64,000 bases of DNA from Trichosphaerium sp. ATCC 40318 (lineage: Eukaryota > Protista > Tubulinea), in NCBI GenBank assembly GCA_038496445.1, contig JALMLS010000564.1:372001-436000 (forward strand). The letters run 5' to 3'. Both the position numbers and the translations under genes were made by a program. Every line of letters starts with the position of its first letter. Position 1 is the stretch's first letter. Below, piece after piece: positions 13,127-26,667 of this stretch. The notes beneath the pieces were generated by a model, which did no database searches, was not told the origin of the DNA, and saw only the letters and a list, made by a program, of their open reading frames with translations.

Positions 13127-16100
13127 ATGGCTGTGCCTGTGGTCTGTGTGTACCACAAGTGTTTTTGGTGCACATTCTAGTAACAAAGCAGTCTTGCGAA
13201 CGCATGTAGCAACAGCATTTGGCGGCCAATTGTCACATGTCCTTCTACACACAGAAGAAAAGGCTCAACTTTTCGCGCCTGGAAGGCGATAAACACATAC
13301 TCTACACAAAGGATAATACAATAAAGGCAGTAAGCTTTGAAAAGCTTATTGAGCTACTGACATCACCAAAAGAACACGGTACCGTTAACTAACTACCCTT
13401 TTCGCTTTTGATGGGCTCCCTCTAAACGAGTTTAATAGACCCAAAATTATTATATGATATACTACTTACCTATCGGTCTATTACTACGTCCTTTCTACTC
13501 CTTGATGGACTAGCACAAAGGTATTTACCCAAACCAAGAAAATAAAAAAAAACAACAAAAAAATTTACGCCCACGTGCGCAAAAAACGAACCATAAAAAC
13601 CAAAAGATCTCAAAAAACAATATTTAGATTATTTTGTAACATTTGTTGTTTATTTTTTTTCAACACGGTGCTAGTTTGGTTTTTTTCTTATTTTCTCAAG
13701 GTTTGAGTATGCGTCTGTGGAGATGGCTAAAGGAGAGTCCAAAAAAGCAAAAGTTGTTTGTATAAAGTACGATGGAAGAAATAATTTTTTTTTGCTTCTT
13801 TTTGCTCTATATGGCAGTTAAGACATTCTCATGTATTACATATAGGGTAATGAATGTAATGAAGCATTGGATAAACGAATTTTGGTTCGATTTTTCAAAG
13901 GATAACCCAGAGCTCGCAAACTCATTTCAAGAATGGCTTCAATCTATTCAGTCAACAACAGATCCAGATAAAAAGAAGACGTTAAGAAATTTAGATCAGC
14001 TGTTACAAAAACGAGTACGTAATTGTATTACTCAGCGCTAGCACTAGCTTTCACGGGCGAAAGCATAGCTCCGTACATACTGTGACTTGCATGCGGAGCT
14101 TACGCAAGTTATTTTTTTTATGTTTGTTGTTTGGGGATTTCTTACCCGCTTTCTTTAGATGCTTGGTCATTTCTCCAAGACCCTTACAGAGACTCGCCGT
14201 AAAACGCCTAAGCCCATGTTTCCAAAAAATCCACAAGCCGCCTGGTATGAGTGGAACTCTGAAGAGATTGCTAGACAACTTACGTTGATAGAGTGGAGTT
14301 TTTACAAGTACGGAGTGATTACACTTGATTTTCGTATATTCTTGTTAACTCGCGTTTGTTCTATTTTAGAAAGATACAGCCATGGGAGCTTTTAGATCAA
14401 TCATGGTCTAAGTCTGGTAAAGAACAGAAAAGGTATAATATGTTACTGGAGGAGTATACTTACGCTATTTTTTTTTTTCTCCGGACACCTTTTTTTAAAA
14501 TTTATCGTTGCTAAAGATACTTCTTAGTCCTAACGTTATAGCGTCTATTGAACGCTTTAATCTTGTGAGCGGTTTTGTAAAGAGGACTATATGCACTTGC
14601 GAAGACAAACGTAAACGTATTATGCTAGTTAAAAAATTCATCGATGTAGCAGAGGTAGGCTTTTTTGGGAAATCAAAAGTTAAAATAGGTTTTTTTTAAC
14701 CTTTTGTTTTTTCTCTTCCAGAAATGCAGGTCATGTGGCAACTACAATGGTGTTTTACAAGTACTCTCAGCGATTAAAAGCGGACCTATTTTCCGCCTCA
14801 AGGCTTCCTTTGATGCACGTGATTCATTTTTTTTCAAACAACGGCAATTCTTTTTTTCAAAATCAAAACCTCACGTGGGTTTAAAAATTATCACGTGATT
14901 ATTAAAAAAAAATAAATAACACTTTTTTTTTTAGCTTACAAAGAGTGAGCGTAAAGTTTTGGATAAAATAGATCAATTAGCTCTAACAACGAAAAACTAC
15001 AAAAATCTACGCGACTATCTCAAAAAAGTAGATCCTCCTTGCATTCCCTACCTTGGTATGTACCTCACCGATCTTATTTTCCTTGAAGAAGGCAATCCAA
15101 ACGAAATACAGCCTCCAGAAAACCCGTCTGTGCAGTTGATAAATTTCGACAAGAGGTAAGCTCTTCACTCCGTAATATACGTACTGCTCAAACTTATATG
15201 TCGGCAAAAAACCGACTTTTGTAAAACCTATTCTCTGCGTGACGTGAAAGTATTTTTAGCGGATTATTTTATTTAATGTTGTTTATAGGCGCCGAGTTTC
15301 ACGTACTATTCAGTGTATTAAACAATTCCAACAAATGGGTTATTACTACGAACCAGTAAAGAGTTTACAAGGATTATTGGAAAGAGAAATTAAACGCCCA
15401 CAACTAGACGAGGACACTCAGTATCAGTGGTCATGGTATTTAGAACCACGTGAGGGCAAACCAAGACCACCAAGACCAGGAAGCAACATAAAACTAAGTG
15501 GTGCAGCTAGTAACCCTGGTACGCGTACCGAGAAGTAAAACGATTTACTTCTTCTTTTTTTTTTTTTGGGCTTGATCCTTACTCTAATAATTGTTACTTA
15601 GCCATTAGCGTATCTAAGATGAATGACAGAAGCTTAAGACGTACTCACAGTGACGGATCAATGTCCGAAAGTGTTAAACGTGGAAGCTCGAGAGCAAGTC
15701 CTCAACCTATTCGCAGAAACATATTGAACAACATGCGTGATGGCAGGCGAGGTACTCACCTTCGAAAAAATATCCATGGGTTTGCTTACCTTTGTAGATC
15801 CTTCTCAACCGCCTATCTCAACTAACTCCATGCCACTTATGAGCATCTTGAAAAAAGCTGCTGGGACAAACAAGGCTGCTTCATTGAACAGTAGAGCATC
15901 AAACAATATGACATCCACAATGCCAGTTACTAGCCGTTCAACAAGAAACACAAGAACTTCATCAAGACAAGCACGAAGATTTGAAGGATTAAACGCCAGC
16001 TTGCAAAAATTTGAGGCCAAACAATCGAAGATTGGTAATGGTAGTAGCATGCGTACGCAAAACCATTAGCACGTTAAAATAGGTTGTTTTAGGAACAGTT

Positions 16101-16642
16101 ATCTAAACAAAATTTTTGTTTAGGTTTGTCCGCTCCTTCAAATCATAAAGGGTCAATCACTAGAACAAGAAGTCAAGGGAGTTTAATTGATGAGCAAAAA
16201 GCAGCTCGCAACCGTGGCCATAACCCACATATGCGTAAGAGTGCAAATGTTTTGACTATAAAAGATGGTGAATCGGCTTTTTTTAAGCACTTACTACAGA
16301 AGTTGAACAACAGTACGTCAATAATCTCATTATACCAGTCTTAAAAAACACAACTTTAAATCCAATTTTGTTTGTAAATTACAATTAAATCATGGTGTGC
16401 GCTCAACCCCCTTTCCACAAGTTAAGTTTTATGCTAAACAAACTACTACGAGTTCAATTTTTTTTTTTTGTTAATTTATTTTTGGGTCTCTAAGTCATTT
16501 TGTTTTAGATCGAGAGGGTTTGAGTTGGTCATTAAAAGACCTCAAACAGTTTCAATCGCTTCGTGATAGATCAGTCATTACACAAGCAGACTATTTACGC
16601 TTAGAAGAAATTTTCAGGAGATGGCATAAGCAATCTTGTTGA
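13127..16642 (+). CDS. RasGEF (REM + CDC25 domains) with low-complexity tail and SHOCT-like C-terminus
   Basis: IKAVSFEKLIELLT (REM), VMNVMKHWINEFWFDF, EEIARQLTLIEW, IERFNLVSGFV, NYNGVLQVLSAI, PPCIPYLGMYLTDLIFLEEGNP, LINFDKR. Confidence 0.92.
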
Positions 16643-17089
16643 CACTTGCATGCAAAAAAAGCCTTTTGCTTATTAAAAACCCCGTTGGATGTAGAGATAA
16701 ACCCATCTCATTTTATTAGTTGTTGTTTCGAAAAAAAAAAGAAGTAGTGACTTACAGTGCACCTTTTTATTTTTAGCTAGACACGTTTTTATTTTACTGT
16801 AACAAAAACAACAGTCAGTGAAAAACAGAGATAATTTGAACAGAAAATGTAGGAGCCTAGCTCCACTATTTATCTATGGTTTTTTTTATCTATGGGAGGC
16901 CACTCTGGAGGGAGTTAAGTGTATTAAAAATGGTTACTTGTGATCACGTGTTTCCTTTTGTTCTGATTTACAAAAACGGTTGTCAATGTGACATAAGTGA
17001 TATTTAACGCGTTGTGACTGCGTACTATTAAAAAGAGCCTTGTTCTACGATACTTATTTTGGTCAATAACAGTTTAGACCCAAACAACA

Positions 17090-18072
17090 ATGTCAAAGAA
17101 GCCCAAGGTACCACGTGTTGTAGAAGTAAAGCAAGCCGCTAAATAGAAACCACATAGATAATTTCAGGCACATTCTGTGATCGCTTTTCGCACCTTCCAG
17201 TAGAGCTACAGCTCGATATTATTGAGTTAGACAAGGAATACGAGCTACATAAAAAGTGGCCACTTATCTCAAAACAAGCAGCATTAGCAACAAGATTCGA
17301 TATTGAATTTAAAAAGCATGGTATTTGGGTACAAAGACAAGCAATTTGTAAAGGATACCATTCATCTTCTTTTCACTATCACCCCGCTTGTCAAAAGCAA
17401 TGGAAACATGGTATACTTCATGGAGAGTATAAGAAGTGGTACAGCAACGGTCAACTAATGAATCACTGGCATTATGTCAATGGTAAACTTGAAGGAGAGT
17501 ACAAAAGGTGGTATGCAACTGGTCAAACACTTGAGCAATGTCATTGGTTTCATGGCAAGCTAAACGGAGCGTATAAGAAGTGGTACGCACATGGACTATT
17601 ACAAGAGACTTGTGGTTATATAAATGATAAGAAAGAAGGCGACAATATCTTTTGGTATAAAAATGGTAATTTAAAAGCTAAACAACGTTATGTGAACAAC
17701 ACACTCGAAGGAGAGTGCAAAAAGTGGCATAGAAATGGTAATTTGTGTGAGTATTTTCATTATGTCAATGGTTTACAAGAAGGAGAGTACAAGTCTTGGC
17801 ATGATAATACCCTAAGGTGTGAACAATGCAGTTATGTGCATGGAAATGTATATGGAGAGTATAAGAAGTGGAGCTGGGATGGTGAATTGATCGAGCATGA
17901 ATATATTGATGGAGACATAGAAAAAGATAAACTCTGTCTTTTTCATTTGCCAACAAAATCTTCTTTGTCAATAACTGTAGTGAGACATAGTAATATATAC
18001 CAAAACCTTCAAAAAAAATCTGGTTCATACATACGGGTGTTGTACTTAGTTTTGAATGAAGAGATAACGTGA
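17090..18072 (+). CDS. F-box-like + MORN-variant (YwqK-like) repeat protein, paralog 1
   Basis: MSKKPK|IISGTFCDRFSHLPVELQLDIIEL (intron 17108-17157), then about 7 repeats of ~24 aa (W..NG.L.....YVNGK.EGEYK.W). Confidence 0.8.
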
Positions 18073-18217
18073 CCAGTAAAAGTGTAAATTTTTTTGGAGG
18101 TGCAAGTGAGTATCTAGGACTGTTGGTTCAGGGTATGCTACATAGATAGTACACGCTCCATTTGAAATTGGTGCAAAAAGTGAAGACTGTAACGGTTTAT
18201 TCTTGATTTTAATGGTT

Positions 18218-20547
18218 TTACATAAAATCATACTCAGAGTTACCAACCAAAGGGAATGTCCCGTAAGCTTCAGGCTTGCAATTAGGTGTCCATGGTTTGA
18301 ATGGAACTGGTGGGAAAGGCTCGCCTGGAAGGAAAATGAGCAAGAAAAAGGCGGAAAGAAATAAGAAATCAAAGCAAAATGAATAATTATGTGTACATTT
18401 CTTGTTTCCATCAAAAATTCCTTTTGGCCCGTAAACGTTATAACAAGGGTCACTTTTTGAGTTACAATTGTGAGCTGTTACTAGAGCATTTATTTGACTA
18501 ATAATAGTTTTATACTCTGGTGTCTACATAAACTATTAGTATCTTGTATTATATCAACTTTTTTTTTTTAATGGATGATAAAACGAAAATAATTACGAAA
18601 CGTGCCGTTGATGGTAATGGATTTGCTTCATTAGGATCTTTACTCAAATCAAATAATAAAGGTGGATCATGTTTGACTTCTCTTGTATCTCCACAAAGGG
18701 CTGCAGGACTTTTACCTAAACACAAAAAGTATTAAACCTTGTTTATGATAAGAACAAATACCCCATCCAGAAGTGTAGAAATGAGCCTTATATTTTCCTA
18801 AACGAACTGCGTTCATTTCAGCTACACAAGGCGTTAATACTATTATATCAAACCTAGTCACTGATACTCGTGCCTTTTAATCCGTAATAAAAGAAGTGAT
18901 CTCTTGATCCATTATTCTTGTTGGTTAGAATATCGCTCATATCTACGCCATCAATAGGCCTATCTGTAGGTGCATCTACACCAGCTATTTTAAGAATTGT
19001 TGGGAAAATATCCATGTTAGTAACAATATCATCTACAACTCTTCCAGGCTCAATTACGCCCTTCCACCTAGCTGAAACGCATGTCAACATAAACTACGAC
19101 AAAATACACATACCCAGTCCGGGTACACGTTGTCCACCTTCCCATGTGGTACCCTAAGTAAACGTGAGAAATGACAGTTGAAAGAATTATCAACATACTT
19201 TACCACAACGCAATTCACCTGCTGAGCCACCAAACTTAAATCTAATGAGAGAAGGACCATTATCTGATGTTAAGAAAACCTGATATAGTATAAACAACTT
19301 AGTTGAGAGAGTTTTATGTACCAGAGTGTCATCACTTAATCCAGATGAATCGAGGTAATCCATGATTTGTCCAATCACGTGATCTAGTTCAAGCATAGAA
19401 TTGCCGTACGCACCTGAATTTGTTAGTTACGTTAAAGTTTTGCCTTTTTCTTATCTAGTACCTCTTTTTGTAGCGTTTACATACTGAGGTGAGTTGAATT
19501 GAGGGTGATGAGAATGTTGGAAGCAATAGTACAAAAAGAAGGGATCATCCTAAGCCAGCGTTAACTAGTGCACTATAAGAATGACCTATTTACCTTGTTT
19601 TCTTCTAGAAACGAAAGGCCTTGAGATTTGTATGTTTGAGCCAAGTCAGGCAGATATGCCGGTTGTTGGACGATTTGTGTGTTGTGGAAAATAGGACAAG
19701 GTGGGTCAGCTGAAGAAAGAGTTAAGGCAAACAACGAATAACAAAATACAAACGTACAAGGTCTACAGTTACAATCCTCGGTAAGTGTTAAATTGCAAGG
19801 ACATGGACAGTAGTCATGCGACCATGGAATACCTTAAAATCACTAATTAGTACAAGCAAGGTAAAGTCATAACGGACCGTAATAAGAGTCGAAACCGTGA
19901 CTGGTAGGCAAGTATTCAGGCGTATCACCAAGGTGCCACTTTACAAAAAGTAAAAATAAATTTCTTGACATGTGACGTGCCTTTCCAACCATTCCAGTTT
20001 TATAACCTGCTTCCTTGAGAAGTTTTGCGATTGTTACTTCTCCTACTGGTAAACCATAGATAGAAGCTGGGGAGAATACAGAAGGAAATACACCGGTTCT
20101 GATCGGATAGCGCCCTGTGAGTATTGCTGCCCTGTTTAGAAAATATTGTCAGTTGATAATGTGGACAAGTTATAATTTAAGTACCTAGACGGACTACAAA
20201 CTGGATGCGCGGCGTAGAAATTAGTGAACATAATTCCCTTTCATCCAAGTCAAAAAAAACGTATCGAAAAAAAAATTATGTACTTCTGAAGCTAGTTTAT
20301 CAATATTAGGTGTCTCTGGTACAGGGCATTGATATTCCGCTTGGCAGGGCTGCTTGTAAGCAGATACATCACCTAACGCAGTTAAGAAATACTTTAACGG
20401 CCACAGACGACAAAAGCTAAAGCTGTATTCGGTACCATAACCAGTGTCGTCTAAAAAGAAGATTATAAAATTTGGCTTCTGGCTCGCTTTCGAGGTGCTC
20501 AAGAAACAAATAATTAGCGATATTGCTAACACTTGAGCTGCTTTCAT
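18218..20547 (-). CDS. Secreted/lysosomal arylsulfatase (FGly sulfatase, ARSA-like)
   Basis: Signal peptide, KPNFIIFFLDDTGYGD, CSPSR..AILTGRYPIRTG, GKWHLG, LTSDNGP, WEGGQRVP, RPIDGVDM. Confidence 0.93.
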
Positions 20548-20688
20548 CGTGACGTGGGATATTAAATGGTAGAAGTGTCACAGAAAACTAGAAAATTTGA
20601 TTTTAATCTTACAAGGACCATGTACAATTTTTTTCCCTACAGTACACGTTTTTTCAGTATTCACCACGTGATATTCGCCTACTACGTC

Positions 20689-22079
20689 TCAAGAATTTAC
20701 CGCTGAATTTTCCAGAGAATGTTTCGTCATGCAGTACCGCGGATCAACCGGCTTCAAGTCAGGGTATCCTACAACAAAACAATCAGACCAAGAAAAAAAA
20801 AGTACTAAGTTGTGAACGCACCAAGTAGTGAGAGCCCAGTTATTCCAAAGCATGTATGATATACATCGCGCCAATTGCCTGGCCTATCTGCTATGCCTCC
20901 TGTCTCATCATCCTTTAACGAATAAATAAGATACGCAACAAAGCAATAAAAAGAAAAGTAATCGTTACATTCAACGTACTTGACAAGACAAGATCCAGTT
21001 CGACAAAGCTGTTTTGTCAATCCATTCTAAGCGGTCAATCATACCAAGTGAAGATACAACCCACCAGGAATAACACACCTAGAATTAATAATAAGATAAA
21101 CACAAACACGTGGTTCCAATCTTACATCTGGTAATTTTTCAGGACGACCGTTAAGTCCACCTTCTTTGAGTTGCCTCTCAGATAGCCACCATCCCAATCT
21201 ATCAATATTTATGCGACCAAGAGCGTTTAGAATAGATAATACTCCAACGCAGCAAAAGGCTTTGCAACGTTAGCTCGAAGAAGGAGAAAAACGTTTAACG
21301 GAATTAACAAAAACGTACTTTGACCAGCGTGAGATTCCGCGCCAGGTACACATCCAAAGGCTTCATCGAAGTTCTTACAGGCTAGAATAAACTCTACAGC
21401 CTTTTTTTCATCAATAACGGAGAGTTTTCCGAGGAGTGACAGGCAAGCAACAGCACAAAAAGAAAACCTTTCTAAAATTAAATAGAGTTCGTAATCAGTT
21501 CCTTACCTTGAGTCTATCTCTCCCCATTCGTCTCCACTAAATGAACCATCGTCATGCTGAAGAGTTTTAACCCTTGAGAGAGTCAAGGAAAGAAGAATTT
21601 AATTAAAGTGTCAAAGTTTTGTTTAGAAAGGATATAAGAAGCTACTTTATCACCATCCACCTTATCCATTGCGTTCAACATTACTAATACTTGAATAGCG
21701 CTGAGCGTATATAATAAATGACTATCATGGCCTTTGTTTCCTCCAAAACCACCTGTTTTGAACATTATTACGCGTAAAGTACTTTTTGAAGCGTACCATC
21801 AGCGTTTTGGCAATTTAAAGTTTCAGTTATTGTTTTCTCCCTCTTTGACTCTGAAAGTTTGCCCAGAGTATCAAGGGCTGTCAAACCCCAGTAAACACCG
21901 CTAACACGCAGATGTTCTGTAGCCCAAAATTCAAATGATTCTCTGTTCTACTCTATTTGTTACTAAAACGCGTGGTGGTAAATGTGTACCTCTACTTCCA
22001 ACGAATGTACATAGACACGATGTTTTTCGGCCAATAACTTTGTTTTATCGCCTTTATCGGTAGTAGCAGCCTCAGCCAT
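20689..22079 (-). CDS. RABGGTB: Rab geranylgeranyltransferase beta subunit
   Basis: [81 protein letters not shown]. Confidence 0.95.
21574..21635 (-). other. U12-type intron with AT-AA termini in RABGGTB
   Basis: Donor ATATCCTTT and branch TTTCCTTGAC. Only splicing at ...CTCAA|GG restores the frame ([15 protein letters not shown]). Confidence 0.85.
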
Positions 22080-22146
22080 ATGAGTGTAAGTTGGTTTATC
22101 TGAAAAGTAGCACTTCTGATTTTGCTTGTGGCTTAACCAATTAAAA

Positions 22147-23305
22147 ATGGGCTCAGTTGTCTCAGCACTCGTCCCTACGTCGTTTTTTAACGACCCAGAA
22201 CATAAAAGACAACTAGAAGAGACCATCAACATCAGTACTGCATCATTTGTTGTTTGTCGCTCAATCAAATTCTTATACGAGACTGTTATTACGCGGTGCG
22301 TGATGAAATAACGCAAAAGCGATTGAAATTGACTCCATCAAAGGCAAGAATGGTTTACAAAACTAGATGGACGCAAGCAACGGCGTATTAGCTTATATTT
22401 TGTCGGATTGATACATTCATTCCTAACTGGATCATGGGCACTAACTACGGTTGCAAAGAACCTGTACAAAGGACGCATGGCAGTAGAAACACCCTACGAC
22501 CAAAGAATATTGAGGTACATTTTCGTTTTCCCAAACCATTATCCCGAAACTCTATTTCCGACGCAAATACCTCCAACAATACCTCTGTATACTCCTAATT
22601 AACAAATTGAACACTTTGGTAATTCTAACGACTTCACACAGCGCAACGCTTGGGTTTTTCGCACATGGCATATGGTCAATGAGAGGGAGGCCTTTAGAGT
22701 TCCCAGATGAACTATTCCACCATGTATTAAGTGTAGCAATGCTTCCTGTATGTATTTTCACAGGAGCAGCAACTGGATTTGTACCAGGTGTTTATCTAAC
22801 AGGTAATTGTTATTTTTTAGTCGGAGATTTTAAAAAAAATCGCTTTTCTTTGGTATCTTCCTCATCACTTACCCCGATTACCATTTTTCATTATCTTATG
22901 GTATTTTAGAACTTTCTAATGTATTCTTAAACATGACTTGGCTGTCACGTTATGGGCCTTCATTTTGGTCAGGTAAAGTTTTTTTTTTCTTTGATCTTTC
23001 AGCATGTTTTTTGTGTTATTTTATTTATTGTTATCTTAGATACCAAACTTTGGATTCTTCTGGGTAGTTACTTTATTGGATTATTTTTCGTCCTTCGTGT
23101 AGTTTGGATGGCATTTTTGTTGTTCTACATTGCAACAAAAAGACCAAAACAATTTAAAAAATTTGGTAATGGTTTGAAATTGGGTATGGGATTGTTGTGG
23201 TTATTACAAGTTTATTGGTTCGGAAAAATGACTGGACATGTAGCTGTGATTTCAGGATTCTTTGTAAAAGCTTCTTTACCAATGTATAACAAACTCATAG
23301 CGTAA
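22147..23305 (+). CDS. TLC (TRAM-LAG1-CLN8) domain membrane protein
   Basis: LIHSFLT, DELFHHVL, ELSNVFLN, FFVLRVVW, LQVYWFGKM; multiple TM segments. Confidence 0.8.
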
Positions 23306-23680
23306 ATAAATTAGTTGACACTTTTGTACAAAAATTCTAGCACATGCCCAAGTTGTTACCTGAATTTAATAAGAAGTCGTCGTGTCTTTGCAAACCGATA
23401 GCTCAAACACTCACCTTATATACCTTATACGTAAGCTTTGTATGTGCTTAAAACACAAAGCGCCAACTGTCAAAACACGTCCAGTTATCTCTACTTGTTT
23501 TTTTGAAAAACTGTTGCAATCTAGTATGTGTTCAATTTCACTGTTCCATAATCACAAGCTCAATTTTTCATTATCTTAACACTGTACGTGTTGTACGTGC
23601 TCGAAAATACTATACAAGTACAGGAAGTATTCAATGAAACTCTTCTTTTTGAGAATTCACAAAAAGCCCCTCACACCACA

Positions 23681-26301
23681 ATGAACACATTACCGGACGA
23701 AGTTCTACTACATATTCTATCTTATAGCACCTACAATGCATATTCAACATTGTCCGTGGTTGCCCAGGTACCTTAAAATTTTTTTAAACGAATTGTTGTT
23801 TTTAATGTCAATAACGTTGAGTCTGCGCTTAGTTCCTACGTACTGAGTGGTTTTATGCTCATTGTTCGTAGATTAGCAAGTTTTACTACAACTTGGCTCA
23901 GGACGATTTCTTATGGCGTCCACTACTTGCATCTCTAGAAATTCAAGCGAATATGCTAATTCTGACAACTGTGAGCGTTATTATCCGTCAAAACGATGAC
24001 TTTCATTCTAACTTACTGTGACAGGACGGAAGGGAGTCTAGAGCAGCTATAGAGCAATGTAAACAATTACACGCACTCACCAAAAAAAAATCGTTTTATT
24101 CCGAAAGGATACGTATATACATTATTGGAGAGCATACACTACGTGAGGTACATAACAACAAACGTAAAACTACCGCATACCCGAACACTTGAAATCCACT
24201 TATCTCCCAAAAAGTTTTTTTTGGTTAACGAAAGGTCACCTTTTTTGACCTTTTCAACAGAGCCTGTATCATTCTTTGTACCATTTTGCGGAAAGTCATG
24301 GCGCTTTGGTGGTAAATAAGAATAAAAAGTCATTAGGCACGTGCACTAACAACACTTTTTACTACGCCTTTAAAAGTTTAGCAAACACAAAACAGAACTA
24401 GATCACGTGCTCCCAAACGTTATTTATACTTTGTCTCACGCCTTTTTTTTACAGCTGGACCTATACCTGGTTTTGCACTACACGTAGTTTATAATAAAGT
24501 ACAATATAAGGTTCAACCTTTCACAGTAAGATGTTCCAACACACTTGCAATTGGTATGCTTTCACTTTATTATTTTTATATCTTTTTGATGTCTATGTTT
24601 GTAGAGAACAGAGACGTTCTTCCAAAGTTCATAGATGGACCGTGTATTATAGTGTATGCTGATAATAAGTCCTACAGACTAGAAGAGCTATGGTCTACGA
24701 TGCCAAACGTGCGTACCTTGTTATCATTCACTAAACGCTTATGAAACTACTCGTAGAGCCGAGCATCTATTTTAGAGAGCAGATGTAGATTAGGTGGCTC
24801 AGTTTTGACTAAAATAGAAGGTATAGAAGATCACGAAAATGACGAACCTGTTGCTTCTGATGATGAAGAAGAGGACGTAAAAGAAAGAGAGCTGAGTATC
24901 AAACCTATTCCTAACGAACTTCAAACTGGATGGCAAAATGTTAAAGGACATGATACAAACCGTAAGGCCTCTCGCCAAGAATCTTCAGTTGTCGTACCTC
25001 TTCTACAAAATGTGTAAGCCTTAATGCAACAAAATATAGAACATTGTGAGTGACTTCTTTAAAGGGACGATCCAGATTATGACCCTGTGGTGGATGATAT
25101 TGAACAGCCTTCCCTTGATGACCCTACACGTGTTGATTTATTCCTTAAATCATTGAAAAGCAATACACATCTAAGAGGAAACCCGTTTATTCCCAAAGAT
25201 AAAGAGTTAGAGCTTATTGAAAAAGATGCCAATTCAGATTCCGAATCAGAATCTGATGATGTCGAAGTAATAGAATACCCGTCTTGGCATGAGGAGTATA
25301 TGACAGAGTTGTTGTGTCATGTACTTAAAGCGAAACAAGCTGCAGTCATTGGCAATTCTGCAACGAAGCAGAATAGACTCATAGCAAGGCAAACGAGCAC
25401 GTGCGTACTTATTGACTCTTAAGCGCTCAAACAATCTCATCTATGAGAGTTTCTTCATATATCTAGTTCACTAAATCTGTACTGAAGTTTGACATGTTAT
25501 TTAGAAACTGCTTCCATGTTTTCTGCCAATATTTTGATGCTTTCTGTCTTTTTGTACTACTTGGTATTGTTATAGGATGGCCTGCTATGTCTTTAGCAGC
25601 TGCATTAGCACTTATAATTGGTACGTCCTGGTTATGGCGCTTTGCTTACATTCGTTTTAGCTATTGTAATGATTCCATTTTCTCCTTGTGTGGGATGCTG
25701 TTACGGCACATTAAATAACTCATACTGTTATATAATTATGCTGCCAATCATAATACTCTTCTACTACCCAATCTGTCTTTACCGCATAGCTGTAAACGGG
25801 TTTGATTACGGATTTTTACGCGGTATGGTTGTAAGTACCTTTGTTTACGTAATAGTAGTAGAACTCAATAATTGGAGTAATCGGTGTTGCTAAGCAATTC
25901 TTTTCTTGTTTTTTTCCTTCTTCTTTTCTTTGATTTAATACTTTGTAAACTAATGAATGATATTCTATTTAGGTATCTATAAAAGAAGTCCGACAAAATG
26001 CAAAGGAGTATGTTATTGGAGGAACAACAAGAGTAAACCTTGGTATTCCACCACATATGAAAACTTGTATGATTTGGTCTACTATTTGTATAGCTGCAAT
26101 TGTGTATGGATGTACGTTCTAATCTTACCAAAACGAAGAGATGTTTTTTTTCTCATATATATCTCGAGACTGCGACAACAAGAACTTTCAGAGTCCTTTT
26201 TTGCCTTTTTTATTTATGTTATCAACTTATTTATTTGTGCTCTTTTAGTGTTTGGAGTTGGATATATAGTTGCGATTTTTGCTGTAATGATCTCAAATTA
26301 A
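23681..26301 (+). CDS. F-box protein with acidic linker and Cys-rich multi-TM C-terminus
   Basis: MNTLPDEVLLHILSY...|ISKFYYNLAQDDFLWRPLL; hydrophobic exons at 25494-26301; 3' exon joins are approximate. Confidence 0.65.
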
Positions 26302-26667
26302 ACAAATTTCAAAAGAATTTCACGTGCATACAGATTTAATGAATTTGATTTTTCTTCACTAGAGTTTTTAGCACATGGACTGTGACTCCTTTTGCTTAGA
26401 ATTCGAATACCTTAGTGTCTTCACAAGTTCCGTGTATATTTTATTAGAAAATAAACAAACGAAATAAAAGTTCATGGTGAACGAAGCAAAAGTGATTTTC
26501 GGCATACTTTGTTGAGCTACAGATACTATGTAGAACCTAAATGCCATCACATTAAAGTTGAAACCTTTAAATTCACAAACTAATGTGGTCCCTAGCAAAA
26601 GCCAAGGAAAACTAGGGAAATTTCTAACTATTTTAGTTTGTTGGAAATTGATAATTCAACTAGATCA

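Noticed and set aside
17765-18453. Antisense/overlapping ORFs here and elsewhere in the track (e.g. 37374-37790, 62720-63151)
   Set aside because: They are shadows of real genes on other frames or strands and carry no motifs.
24102-24112. GTATCCTTT on the minus strand, a U12-like donor
   Set aside because: It is antisense to a + strand coding exon (PKGYVY), with no matching minus-strand gene.
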